Source of the DNA: Chloroflexota bacterium
GTDB taxonomy: Bacteria > Chloroflexota > Dehalococcoidia > DSGV01
DNA: 64,000 bases
Direction: 5' to 3'
Assembly (NCBI GenBank): GCA_021787985.1
Contig: JAJYLG010000008.1
Location: 2,821-66,820 of the forward strand
Of this stretch, positions 34,730 through 44,294 are shown piece by piece. The stretch's first letter is position 1. Each line of letters begins with the position of its first letter. Below the pieces are notes generated by a model. That model saw only the letters and a list, made by a program, of their open reading frames with translations. It was not told the origin of the DNA and ran no database searches. Made by a program: the position numbers and the translations under genes.

Positions 34730-36222
34730 TCCATCTCCTCCGGGATCGCCGGCAGCTCTGGCTGAGGCAAACGGATGCGGAACAGGGTGCCTTCCCCAAT
34801 ACTACTCTCCACTTGGACGGTCGCGCCGTGCGCGTCCGCGATCGCCTTGACAATGCTCAGACCGAGGCCCGCACCCTCAGGCCGAGCCTGCCGTGCTGTC
34901 GAGCCCCGGTAGAAGCGCTCGAAGATCCGCTCCTGCTCGTCGGCCGAGATGCCGGGCCCCTGGTCGGCGACGGAGAAGATCGCGGCGTGCTCGGCGTGCC
35001 TTGCCTCAATGCGCACGGTCGTGCCGGGCGGCGAATAGAAGACGGCGTTTTCCACCAGATTGCCGAGGAGCTGGCGCATCAAACCGAAGTCGCACCAGAC
35101 GAGCGGCAGCGCGGGATCGATCGCGGGTTCGATGCGGTGCTGGGCACCGAGTCCGCCGCCCGCGGGCACGACCGACGCGATCAGGTCTGCCGGGTCCTGC
35201 CAGTCGCAGTCCGGTCGCAGCGCGCCGGACTCGATGCGCGACATGGAGAGCATGCTGCCGACCATGCGGTTCAGGCGGTCGGCCTGCTGCGAGATCGCGT
35301 TCGCGAGCTCGCCGCGGCTGGCGGCGTCGGTCTCGTCAGTCGCCAGCAGCTCCGCGTTGGCGCGGATCGACACGAGCGGCGTGCGCAGGTCGTGCGATAC
35401 CTGGCTGAGGAGTGCCGTCCGGAACTCTTCGCTGCGTCGCAGGCTCTCCGCCTCGGCGGCATCGCGTTCGAGCCGCTCGCGCTCCAGCTCGAGGGCCAGG
35501 AGCTGGGCGGTGCCCCTGAGTACCGTGTCGGTGAGGACGCCGCGCTCGGCCATCTTCTCCATGCCGCCCCACAGGCGCAGAACTCGCCGCGGTTCGCCCG
35601 GGACGACGGCGGTCACCGTCGGGATGGGCCCATCGGCGGCGGGCTCACGCTCGGCCGGGGAGATCTCGCCGGTCGCCAGTGGCGGATCGAGAGCGGCACG
35701 CTGCGCAGCGAAAATGCGGCGGATGGTTTCGAGCGGGCCGACGCCCGCGCCCCGGGAGGCGAGCAGCGTGGCCCCGAGCTCGGTGAGGAAATCGGCCTCG
35801 CGGCGGCCGCGCTCGGCCTCGATCGTGCGGACGCGAAGCTGCGCCGAGAGCTGGCCCGTCACGATCGCGGCCAGCAGGAAGGCGACGAGCGCCAGGATGT
35901 CGAGCTCGCCCGGCGTGCTGACTCCCGCGCTGAACGGCCGCAGGGAGAAGACCCACAACCAGGCGGCCGCCACCAGGGACGTGGCGAGCCCGGCGCCGAG
36001 GCCCCATACCACGGAGGCCACCAGCACGATCACGATGTAGCCGAGCGAAAGGTTGGCGTAGCGGACGCTTGCGCGGAACGGCTGCAGCGCCACTCCGAGC
36101 GCGACGATCGCCGGCAGTGTCGCCAGCGCGCCAGTCGCCCATGCGGGCATGCGCCGGATGAGCCGCAGCGCCAAGCGCCGCACTGCGAGCCCCTCGGTGC
36201 TGGGAGCGGTCGCTTCGATCAT
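34726..36222 (-). CDS. Sensor histidine kinase with a KdpD-like TM domain (DUF4118), lacking the KdpD N-terminal and Usp domains
   Basis: Four TM helices, SHDLRTPL H-box, NLVENA, DQGPGI and GLGLSI. Start taken at ATG 36222. Confidence 0.85.
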   Translation of the reverse strand: MIEATAPSTEGLAVRRLALRLIRRMPAWATGALATLPAIVALGVALQPFRASVRYANLSLGYIVIVLVASVVWGLGAGLATSLVAAAWLWVFSLRPFSAGVSTPGELDILALVAFLLAAIVTGQLSAQLRVRTIEAERGRREADFLTELGATLLASRGAGVGPLETIRRIFAAQRAALDPPLATGEISPAEREPAADGPIPTVTAVVPGEPRRVLRLWGGMEKMAERGVLTDTVLRGTAQLLALELERERLERDAAEAESLRRSEEFRTALLSQVSHDLRTPLVSIRANAELLATDETDAASRGELANAISQQADRLNRMVGSMLSMSRIESGALRPDCDWQDPADLIASVVPAGGGLGAQHRIEPAIDPALPLVWCDFGLMRQLLGNLVENAVFYSPPGTTVRIEARHAEHAAIFSVADQGPGISADEQERIFERFYRGSTARQARPEGAGLGLSIVKAIADAHGATVQVESSIGEGTLFRIRLPQPELPAIPEEME

Positions 36223-36428
36223 TGCGTGCCGTGCTGCCTCGGGCCGACCGGGCAGGCCAGGCTGTGGCGGGTCACGCGTACGCTCATGCCGAACTCGCCC
36301 TGCTGGCGAGCGGCACCCCGGCCGCGTCTGCCCTGCCATGCCGCCCTTTCACGGCCTTGCTCCCGCAGGCGACAGTATACGTGGTAGCGAGGAAGTTCGC
36401 TCGCCACGCGCGACCACCCTGGCCGCGG

Positions 36429-37340
36429 CTACTGCCCGCCCCGCGTGACGGTGAACGAGCTGCCGGCGAGGTCTCCCGCGCGCGCCAAAGTTACCCCGCC
36501 GCGCTGCAACGTGACGCGCATGACCCGCAGGTCCTCGAGAGAGGTCCAGCGCTGGCCGTACCGGACCTGGGCATTGGTGAACGTCACCGGGGCAAAATCC
36601 GGCAGCGAGTAGTAGGGCGGGCCGTTGTTGGCCGTCGCATTCGGTGACTCGACGATGAAGTCCGCGAACTCCTGGTCGGAGCGGAACGTGGCCGTCGTCT
36701 CGAAACTGCGGCCGCTGGTGAGGTCGCGCAGCGTCATGCGCCAGCGCTGCGGGCTGGCCTGCACGAGCTCCACGGTCGCCTCGATCTCGTCGCCGGGCGC
36801 CACCGCCACGGAGGTGAGGTTCCAATGGTTCGGCGGCAGCGTCTCCCACCAGACGATATGCTGGACCGAACGGTCCGGGAGGACCGAGGCGAGCGTGCCG
36901 ACCTGCACGATGTTGTTGTAGGTGGCGTCCCAGCCGCCGATGCCGACCCAGATGACGACGTGATCGTCCGGTGTGCCGCTCACGGTCGGTTCGGTCCAGC
37001 GGGAGCGGAAACCCGTTACGCCGTCCCCTGGCACCGTGTAGCCGCTCCAGTTCGGGCTGGTGCCTTGGTAGTCGGGTGGCCGTGCGCGCGGAGTGGCGGT
37101 CGGCGTGGGCGAGGGTGTCGGCGAGGGCGTTGGCGAGGGCGTTGGTGAGGGCGCTGGCGTCGCCGAACGGGTTGGGGCCGGGGTGAAGGTGGCGAACCCC
37201 GGCGGCGGGGTGGGCGGTCCCGACCGGCCGCCGCACGCGGCCAGCGCGGCCGCGGCGACGAGCGTGACGGCCGTACCGAGGACGCGGATTCTCGACGGTG
37301 CCTTCTTCGCGGCCGAGTGCGCAACGGTTCGGTTCGTCAC
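36429..37340 (-). CDS. G1-family (eqolisin) glutamic peptidase-like lipoprotein
   Basis: Lipobox LAAC, PT/PS linker, NWSGY, WVGIGG, VQVGT (catalytic Q) and ADFIVE (catalytic E). Start taken at GTG 37340. Confidence 0.75.
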   Translation of the reverse strand: MTNRTVAHSAAKKAPSRIRVLGTAVTLVAAAALAACGGRSGPPTPPPGFATFTPAPTRSATPAPSPTPSPTPSPTPSPTPTATPRARPPDYQGTSPNWSGYTVPGDGVTGFRSRWTEPTVSGTPDDHVVIWVGIGGWDATYNNIVQVGTLASVLPDRSVQHIVWWETLPPNHWNLTSVAVAPGDEIEATVELVQASPQRWRMTLRDLTSGRSFETTATFRSDQEFADFIVESPNATANNGPPYYSLPDFAPVTFTNAQVRYGQRWTSLEDLRVMRVTLQRGGVTLARAGDLAGSSFTVTRGGQ

Positions 37341-37425
37341 GTCGTTATCCCTATGGGTCCCCCGCACGCCGCGGTGTGCGGGGACGCTTACGGAAGCTTG
37401 ATGTCCCGCCGGCCTGACACGGCGG

Positions 37426-38796
37426 GTGACGCAGGTAGGCTGGATCGTGATGCATTCGAGAACCACCCGCGGCCAGGTTCGGCGCCGAGCGTTTCAGTGG
37501 ACGGTGGTGCTGTCCGCGGTCGCGGCGCTGAGCTGCTACCTGGCAGCATACGCGGTGTTGCACGTCGAGCACTGGTACGTGCCGTCCAACCCGCTCTCGC
37601 TGCCAGGACCGCTTGGCACCCTTCCCGGCGTGACGAAAGGTGACATCCCCGTCGGTCGGCGGGTGACGATAGCCCTGCTGGGCATGGACACGCGGCCCTC
37701 GGAGAAGGTGCACGACACGCGCAGCGACTCCCTGATGCTGCTGACGGTCGACCCCAAGACGAAAACCGGCGGGATCCTCAGCATCCCTCGCGACTCGTAC
37801 GTGAAGATCCCGGACCCGCGGCGCCGGGGCGGTTACCTCTGGGATCGGGTGAACACGGCCTTCGAGTACGGCTACATCTACCACTACTCGGGCGGCGGGC
37901 CGCAGCTCCTCAAGGACACCCTGATGCTGAATTACGGCATCAAGGTGGACTACTACGTCGTCGTCGACTGGCCCGCGTTCGTCAAGGTCGTGGACTCGGT
38001 CGGCGGCATCGATATCAAGGTCGACAAGTACCTGTACTCGGACCAGGTGCAGATCCCAGAGCTCCACCAGAACTGGGCGCGTTTCACGCCGGGGACCTAT
38101 CACATGGACGGGCAGACCGCGCTGGCATACGCGCGCATGCGGCCGGACAGCGACTTCGGGCGGATCGAGCGCCAGCAGCAGGTGCTCGTGGCGGTCGCCC
38201 ACAAGGCGCTGTCGCTCGGGCTGATCACCACGCCGACGAAGGTGCTGCAGCTCTACAAGGAGTACCAGAGCTCGGTGCAGACCGATCTGCCGGACGTGCA
38301 GGCGCCCGGCCTTGCGCAGCTCGGCCTCTCGATCGGGCTCGACAACCTGCGCCGTGGCTCGTTCGGTGACGGCGCGGTTGTCGGCTACGTCGGTCCCGGC
38401 TGCGCCGACCTGCTGCTGCCGCTGCCGCAGAAGTCCGGTGAGATCGCGGCACAGGTCTTCGACGACCCGTCGGTCGGCGAGACGGCCGGCCAGCACCTCG
38501 CGGCCCAGGGGTTCGGCAACCCGGCCAACTTCCGGGATTACTCCAGCGCGTGCAGCGGAACAGCGCCCGATAGCGGGAGCAGCCCCGGGCCGGTGCCGCG
38601 AACGCCGACGCCCTCCGCTACACCGCATCCGTCGGTGACGCCCACGCCAACGTCGACCGTGCACCCGTCTGTGACGCCCACGCGGACGCCGACGGCGAAG
38701 GCGACCGCGACGCCGACCGCGACGAAGTCGCGGGTCTTCCAGACCCCCATTGCGCCGGGGGCACAGGTCGGTGGGACAACGCCGGCTCGACGCTGA
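37426..38796 (+). CDS. LCP (LytR-CpsA-Psr) family glycopolymer transferase
   Basis: LLGMDTR, RSDSLML, SIPRDSYV, DGQTALAYARMR..SDFGRIERQQ and a PT-rich tail. Confidence 0.92.
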   Translation: MTQVGWIVMHSRTTRGQVRRRAFQWTVVLSAVAALSCYLAAYAVLHVEHWYVPSNPLSLPGPLGTLPGVTKGDIPVGRRVTIALLGMDTRPSEKVHDTRSDSLMLLTVDPKTKTGGILSIPRDSYVKIPDPRRRGGYLWDRVNTAFEYGYIYHYSGGGPQLLKDTLMLNYGIKVDYYVVVDWPAFVKVVDSVGGIDIKVDKYLYSDQVQIPELHQNWARFTPGTYHMDGQTALAYARMRPDSDFGRIERQQQVLVAVAHKALSLGLITTPTKVLQLYKEYQSSVQTDLPDVQAPGLAQLGLSIGLDNLRRGSFGDGAVVGYVGPGCADLLLPLPQKSGEIAAQVFDDPSVGETAGQHLAAQGFGNPANFRDYSSACSGTAPDSGSSPGPVPRTPTPSATPHPSVTPTPTSTVHPSVTPTRTPTAKATATPTATKSRVFQTPIAPGAQVGGTTPARR

Positions 38797-38822
38797 GGGG
38801 CGCAGCCGCGGCGCCTGCCCCC

Positions 38823-38842
38823 GCCCCCGCCTCCGCGGGGGC
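38823..38842. terminator. Hairpin between convergent genes
   Basis: GCCCCCGC-CTCC-GCGGGGGC forms an 8-bp stem. Confidence 0.35.
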
Positions 38843-38910
38843 GCGGCACCGGCCATCCCGGGTTGATCACTGGCCTCGGGGCGGGAGGAGCACGCGCCGA
38901 CCGGCGACGG

Positions 38911-40107
38911 TCAGTCCGTCGGCGGGGCGTCCACGTCGTGAGTGAGATACAGGACGAAGACATCGCCGGGGGCGATGCCCTCCAACGTCGCTGACTCACC
39001 CTGTGGGAAGAGCGCGAGCCAGTCGAGCCGGCCGTCGGCGGTCAGGACGGGCTGGAAGCAGGCGGTCCAGGCTTCGCCGTAGCGGGCGGTGAGGGCGCCA
39101 CGGAGATCCTGCGTCGTCGGCGCTTCCTCCCACGGCCACTCGGCCACGGTGAAGCCGGAGCCATGGGGCGGCCGAGGTGTGCTGCCCGACTCGGGCCACG
39201 TGGCGACGGTCGCCTGGCGGAGCGCCAGGGCGTAGACCTTGCCTCGTTCGAGCGCGGCCATGCTGCCCGAGGCGCCCCGCGGGAAGAGCCAGCGATAGGC
39301 CAGCGGGTCGGTGCCCGGCACGGGATAGGCGAGCGCCGACCAGGCGCCCGCCAGGCCGACCTGGTCGAGGGCGCGGCGTACACGGTCGGCCCCCGTGACA
39401 CGCTTCCCATGCCAGACGACGAAGCTCACGCCCTGAGCGAGCGGCAGCGCCCGCACCGGGGCAACGGTGGGCGTTGGCCGGGGTGTGCGCGTGCGCGTCG
39501 GCGTGGCGGTGCGGCGAGGCTTGGACGTGCGTGACGGCGTCGGGGACCTCGTCGTGGTTGGCGAGCGAGTCGCCGACGGCGAGACGGATGCGCCGACGGT
39601 GGGCGAGCCGGGCGGACCGGGCGTCGCCGCGGGCGTGTCCGTCGGACCGGGCGTGGCGGTCTCGGTCGGTGAAGGCGGCGGGGGCGGCGAGCAGGCCGCG
39701 AGGCTGAAGACGGCGAGGTCCGCCGGCAGCGGCAGCTCCTCGGGCCAGGCGCAGATCATGAGCTGAGCGCCCGGCTGCACGACGTCGAACACCAGCGGTT
39801 GTGGCAGCGTGGCCGCCGGCAATATCGTTTCCCAGGGCACCGCAACGCCGCTTCCCGGGTCGACGCTGACGTCGAACGCGCCCGGGTCCTCGGCCAGCGC
39901 GACCTCAACGGAGACGGTGCCGACGTTCTGCAGGTCCACCTGGTCGCCAGCGTGGACGAAGTGGACGCCGGGGTTGGCGTACGGACGCGCGTCGCCACGG
40001 ACCTGGATCGCGGCGGATGCGCCCTGGACCCGCCGACCGGCGGAAACGACGACGAGCGTCGCCACCAGCATCGCGAGCGCCCAGCCGCCGACGGACCGTT
40101 GCGCCAT
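38911..40107 (-). CDS. Secreted hypothetical protein with a Pro/Thr/Arg linker and a duplicated C-terminal module
   Basis: Signal peptide after ATG 40107, long P/T-rich linker and two similar segments of about 75 aa. Confidence 0.6.
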   Translation of the reverse strand: MAQRSVGGWALAMLVATLVVVSAGRRVQGASAAIQVRGDARPYANPGVHFVHAGDQVDLQNVGTVSVEVALAEDPGAFDVSVDPGSGVAVPWETILPAATLPQPLVFDVVQPGAQLMICAWPEELPLPADLAVFSLAACSPPPPPSPTETATPGPTDTPAATPGPPGSPTVGASVSPSATRSPTTTRSPTPSRTSKPRRTATPTRTRTPRPTPTVAPVRALPLAQGVSFVVWHGKRVTGADRVRRALDQVGLAGAWSALAYPVPGTDPLAYRWLFPRGASGSMAALERGKVYALALRQATVATWPESGSTPRPPHGSGFTVAEWPWEEAPTTQDLRGALTARYGEAWTACFQPVLTADGRLDWLALFPQGESATLEGIAPGDVFVLYLTHDVDAPPTD

Positions 40108-40338
40108 CGTCCTCGTCCCTTCAGCCGTAGCGATTAGTATGCGCAGCGATGACAGCAACGGCAACTGGTGTCCTCAGTGCAACTGAGTAGCGCGCGCGCT
40201 GCCTGGCCAAGTGGCGTCGGTTCGGCCACGGCTGGTCCGGGGTGACGCCGCGGGGCTCGGATCGGGGCACCGGTCGGAGGCGGCCGCGGCTTCCCGGCCA
40301 CGCGCGGCGAACGCAAGCGCGCCCTTCCTGACGCCATA

Positions 40339-40367
40339 TTGACGGTAGACGACCGAAAGGCCATACT
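40339..40367 (+). promoter_or_regulatory. Sigma70-type promoter upstream of the large surface protein
   Basis: TTGACG (40339-40344), 17-nt spacer, CATACT (40362-40367). Confidence 0.55.
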
Positions 40368-40469
40368 ACCGCCAATTGTGTGCCGTTGCCCGTTGGCGGA
40401 CGATTTCGACTGCGGAAGGCTGATGCGGCGGCTCGAGTCCCATCGCCGGAGATAGGAGGGCGGTACCCG

Positions 40470-43400
40470 ATGATGCGACCGCGATCCGCTGCCCGCTGGC
40501 TCGCGAGCACGCTCTTGCTGCTGTTAACGCCGATCGTTCTGACCGTCGCGGTCTCGCCCGGGACACTCGATGACTCGCGCCCTCCTGCGGATGCGGCTTC
40601 CCCGGCGCGTTCGCATCGGTCGAGCGCGACGGCCGCCGAGGTCGAGCTCTCCGTTCGTGCGGTCCAGGGGCCATCTGGCGGCCGCGTAGACGTTACCGAG
40701 GTCACTCCCGGTGACGAGCTGATCTGGGTGTTCGAAGCACGCTGGACCAATCCGGAGGTCACTCTGACACCGGTGTGCGATCCCCGCACCGGCAAGTGCT
40801 TCGCCTTCCCGATCTTCGACCTGTCCGGCGCGTTCTCAGCCTCACGCTACGACCTGCTGTGGTCGAACAGCGGCTCGGGACCGGGATGGTGCTTGGCAGC
40901 CAATGACATCCAGTGCTCCTCGCTCGTGGGGCTGCGTACCGGCGATCCCCGCACGCTGCTCGTGGGGCTCCGGGTCAAGGCCGGCTTGTGTGACTCGCTG
41001 TCCGTGACTCCGGCGGGGGTCGCCACCTCATGGTCGCCGCCGGTGCACTTCACCATCCTCCCTTCGCCAACCGTGGCGATCGCCGGGTGCGAGACGGCAA
41101 CGCCGACGCCCACGCCCACGCCCACGCCGACGCCGACGCCCACGCCGACGCCGACGCCCACACCACCGACACGAACCGTCCGCATCCAAGAGGTGACGAC
41201 GAGCCCCTCGCACCCCGCGCAGGCGTTCGCAGGTTCGGTTTCGCCCGGCGGCACGGACACCAGCTTCGATGTCTCGCTCGTGCAGGATGGCGCCTCGTCG
41301 GACGTCGAGACGCTCACCGTCAGCGCGGACGCGCAGACGGTCGCCGAGACGGTGCCCGACAACTGGGCGCTCGACGGCTACGCGGTCAAGCCAGATCCCG
41401 ACGGCACCGCGACCTGCTCGACCACGGATAGCTACACCCAGACCGCCGGGGCGGCCGCCGTCCCGCAGGGCGTTAACAGCTATCTGGTGTGCATCCTGGA
41501 CCGATACCTGGGCCACGAGGAGATTACGCTCGCGAAGCTGTGGGCGGACGGCGTCCCGGCCACGCTGCAGCCGGGCGAGAGCGTCGGCTTCGCCATCCGG
41601 CTGAAGTACACGGCCGTCGGTGGCGGCCTGCCGACGACCGTCAACCTTCGCGACGTGCTCGACGACCTCGACCGTCACGTGACGCTTGCGGCTGTCGAAA
41701 CCTCCAGCCTGCCGTCCGGCGTGACCACCGACTGCACGCTGGCCAACATCGCGACTCCCGGCGGCTGCACCGTCGACCTGCCCGCCGGCAGCGGCGGCGC
41801 CGACATCAACCTCACGGCGACGGTCGACGATACCCCCTTGGAGGCAAGCGGGATCTGCGGCCAGGCGTCCAACCGCGCGCGCGTCATCGCCGCGGACGAG
41901 CCTGGCTCCAAGACCAGCCCATCCGCCGAGATCGTGGCTGGCGACCAGGTGGCGACTCCAAGGCCGATCGCCTGCCTGCCGCTGAAGGCAGCCAAGACAG
42001 CGGACCGCACGAGCGCGCATCAGGACCAGGAGCTGCAGTTCGCCGTCACGGTGAGCAACCCGAACTCGTTCCCCGTTCCGGGAGTCCACGTCGTCGACGC
42101 GGTCGACCCGCGCGCCGCTGTCAGCTCCGTGACGACCGATGCCGGCCCCTGCGCCAACGGCCCGGGTTTCATCGGCCAGAGCGTCGACTGCGAGGTGATC
42201 GTTCCGGCCGACGGGAGCGTCGACGTCATCGTCGCCGCGACGGTGAGCCTTGCCGCCGGCGAGCCCGACTGCGCTGCTATCGACAACACGGCCCTGGTTC
42301 AGGGCCCGCTGACCCCGGGTCCGGAGACCGAGGGGCTCCTCGCCCGTGTGATCCCGAGCGGCCTCCGGACCTCCTTGAAGCAGCCGGTGGCCATTCAGTG
42401 CGCCGATCTCGCGGTCAGCAAGGCTGGGCCGACGGTTCCGCAGCCGGTGGGGACGCCTTTCACCTACACCATCACGGTGGCGAACACCGGCGACGCCCCC
42501 GGCTCCGTCACCGTCAACGACGCCGTGGGGGCGCCCTTCGTGCTGGTGAGCTCCGATGACAACGGCAGCGCGCCCGGTGGCAGCCCCTGGTGCTCGGGAA
42601 CGAGCTGCGCGGCGACCGTCGCCGTCCCGGCCGGCGGCACGGTCGAGCTCACCGTCACTGTCCAGGTCTACGAGACACCCAACGCCGACGGCGCCTGCGA
42701 CGCCGTGACCGACATGGCCACCCTGAATGTGCCCGGCGGCGGGACCGCCATCAGCACCCCCGCTGCCCAGACCACCACCGCGATCCTTTGCGCCGTGGCC
42801 GGCGCCGAGCTCGCCATCGAGAAGACCGCCGACCGGCAAACCGCCGAGTGGGGCGAGCAGGTCAGCTACAGTATCACCATCAGCAACAGCGGCACGGGCG
42901 CCGGCGACGTCGTGGTGGTAGACGCTCTCGACGCCCGCCTCACCGGCGCCCGGCTCGCAGCTCCGGAGGACTGCACCGACCGCGCGCCCGGCGACCCCTG
43001 GACCGGCCGGTGCACCGTCCACTTCACCGGCGGAACGACCAATGAGATCCGTACCGTTACGCTCGTGGCGAGCCTGGTCACCGCTCCACCGCGCGACGCG
43101 GAGGGCGACTACTCCTGTGGTCCGGTGCTCAACTCCGCCACCATGCTCGTCGGCGACCAGCCTACCGGCGCGCTTGGTCAGGCGACCGTTGCGCCTGTCT
43201 GCGACCCCCTCACCCTGACCAAGACGGCCGAGCCCGCCTCGGTCGGCCACGGCGACACGCTGACCTTCGCCATCACCGTCGGCAACGGCAACGCCTTCCC
43301 CGTCAGCGGGCTGCGCGTCAGTGACACGCTCGACCCGCGCGCTGTCGTCGCCGCCGTGGCGACCGATGCCGGCCCTTGCGCCAACGGCCCCGGCTTCTCC

Positions 43401-44264
43401 GGCCAGGCGGTCGACTGCGAGACTGACGTCCCGGCCCACGGCTCCCGCACCCTCACCGTCACCGCCCGGGTCGACTTGGCCCGTCCTTCCGGGGAGGGGG
43501 GCGACCCCTGCGGCGCCATCGCCAACGCGGCCCGGCTGCACGACCCCGTCGCCGGTCTGGACCTGGCTGCCGATCTCAGCTCGACGGTGTCCATCTCGTG
43601 CCGGCCCGGCCAACTGAGCATCGTCAAGTCCGGTCCAGCCCGCGGCCAGGGCGGCGATCGTCTCATGTACACCCTCTTTGTCGCCAACCACGGCGACAAC
43701 GCCGTGGGCGCTACCGTCTATGACCCGCTCGACCCGCGGCTGGTACTGCTCGGCCTCAGCGGGAGCGGCGCCGCCGCCGGCTGCTCCGCTCTGCCCTGCG
43801 GCTTCACCCTCCAGGGACACGCCCAGGCGACGCTCACCCTCTCTGTTCGCGTCAACCCGGGGGCCTGCAACGCCCTGGCCAACGTCGCCCACGCCGTCGT
43901 GCCCGGACAGGGAGCCGCCGCCTCCAACACGGTCACCACCGTCCTGCCGCCCTGTCCGCGCACTCCGACGGGCACGCCCACGTCCGCTCCGACACGCACG
44001 CCAGCGCCGAGTCGAACCGCCATATCGACGCCGCCCGTCGTTCCCGGTGGCGTGGTGAGCACGCCGACGCCTGTGGCCTCGGACCCGCCCGGGTCCCCCG
44101 TCCCCGACCCGACGTCTGAAGCGCGGGGCATCATCCAGCCGCCCGACACCGGTGGCGGTCCGTTCCCCGGCGGCCGGACGGCCGCGAGCTGGCTCCTCCT
44201 CGCGCTCGCCGGCCTGACGCTGGCCGCCGCGGGCGTCCTCTTCCGACGGCATGGAGCACGATGA
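40470..44264 (+). CDS. Large cell-surface protein with DUF11-type repeats and a PPDTG sorting-signal-like C-terminus
   Basis: RBS AGGAGG, signal peptide, several K....G..L.Y/F.I.V.N...V.D.LD repeats, and PPDTGG followed by a TM helix and RRHGAR. Confidence 0.8.
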   Translation: MMRPRSAARWLASTLLLLLTPIVLTVAVSPGTLDDSRPPADAASPARSHRSSATAAEVELSVRAVQGPSGGRVDVTEVTPGDELIWVFEARWTNPEVTLTPVCDPRTGKCFAFPIFDLSGAFSASRYDLLWSNSGSGPGWCLAANDIQCSSLVGLRTGDPRTLLVGLRVKAGLCDSLSVTPAGVATSWSPPVHFTILPSPTVAIAGCETATPTPTPTPTPTPTPTPTPTPTPPTRTVRIQEVTTSPSHPAQAFAGSVSPGGTDTSFDVSLVQDGASSDVETLTVSADAQTVAETVPDNWALDGYAVKPDPDGTATCSTTDSYTQTAGAAAVPQGVNSYLVCILDRYLGHEEITLAKLWADGVPATLQPGESVGFAIRLKYTAVGGGLPTTVNLRDVLDDLDRHVTLAAVETSSLPSGVTTDCTLANIATPGGCTVDLPAGSGGADINLTATVDDTPLEASGICGQASNRARVIAADEPGSKTSPSAEIVAGDQVATPRPIACLPLKAAKTADRTSAHQDQELQFAVTVSNPNSFPVPGVHVVDAVDPRAAVSSVTTDAGPCANGPGFIGQSVDCEVIVPADGSVDVIVAATVSLAAGEPDCAAIDNTALVQGPLTPGPETEGLLARVIPSGLRTSLKQPVAIQCADLAVSKAGPTVPQPVGTPFTYTITVANTGDAPGSVTVNDAVGAPFVLVSSDDNGSAPGGSPWCSGTSCAATVAVPAGGTVELTVTVQVYETPNADGACDAVTDMATLNVPGGGTAISTPAAQTTTAILCAVAGAELAIEKTADRQTAEWGEQVSYSITISNSGTGAGDVVVVDALDARLTGARLAAPEDCTDRAPGDPWTGRCTVHFTGGTTNEIRTVTLVASLVTAPPRDAEGDYSCGPVLNSATMLVGDQPTGALGQATVAPVCDPLTLTKTAEPASVGHGDTLTFAITVGNGNAFPVSGLRVSDTLDPRAVVAAVATDAGPCANGPGFSGQAVDCETDVPAHGSRTLTVTARVDLARPSGEGGDPCGAIANAARLHDPVAGLDLAADLSSTVSISCRPGQLSIVKSGPARGQGGDRLMYTLFVANHGDNAVGATVYDPLDPRLVLLGLSGSGAAAGCSALPCGFTLQGHAQATLTLSVRVNPGACNALANVAHAVVPGQGAAASNTVTTVLPPCPRTPTGTPTSAPTRTPAPSRTAISTPPVVPGGVVSTPTPVASDPPGSPVPDPTSEARGIIQPPDTGGGPFPGGRTAASWLLLALAGLTLAAAGVLFRRHGAR
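41100..41168 (+). repeat. In-frame hexamer repeat ACGCC(C/G) encoding a (TP)n linker
   Basis: About 11 tandem copies visible in the sequence. Confidence 0.85.
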
Positions 44265-44294
44265 GAGGGGAAGGACAGCCGTGGAGGAGATCTC

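Noticed and set aside
41100-41168. Tandem hexamer run as a CRISPR array or phase-variable tract
   Set aside because: It is an in-frame (TP)n linker with no spacers, and 6-bp slippage would keep the frame.
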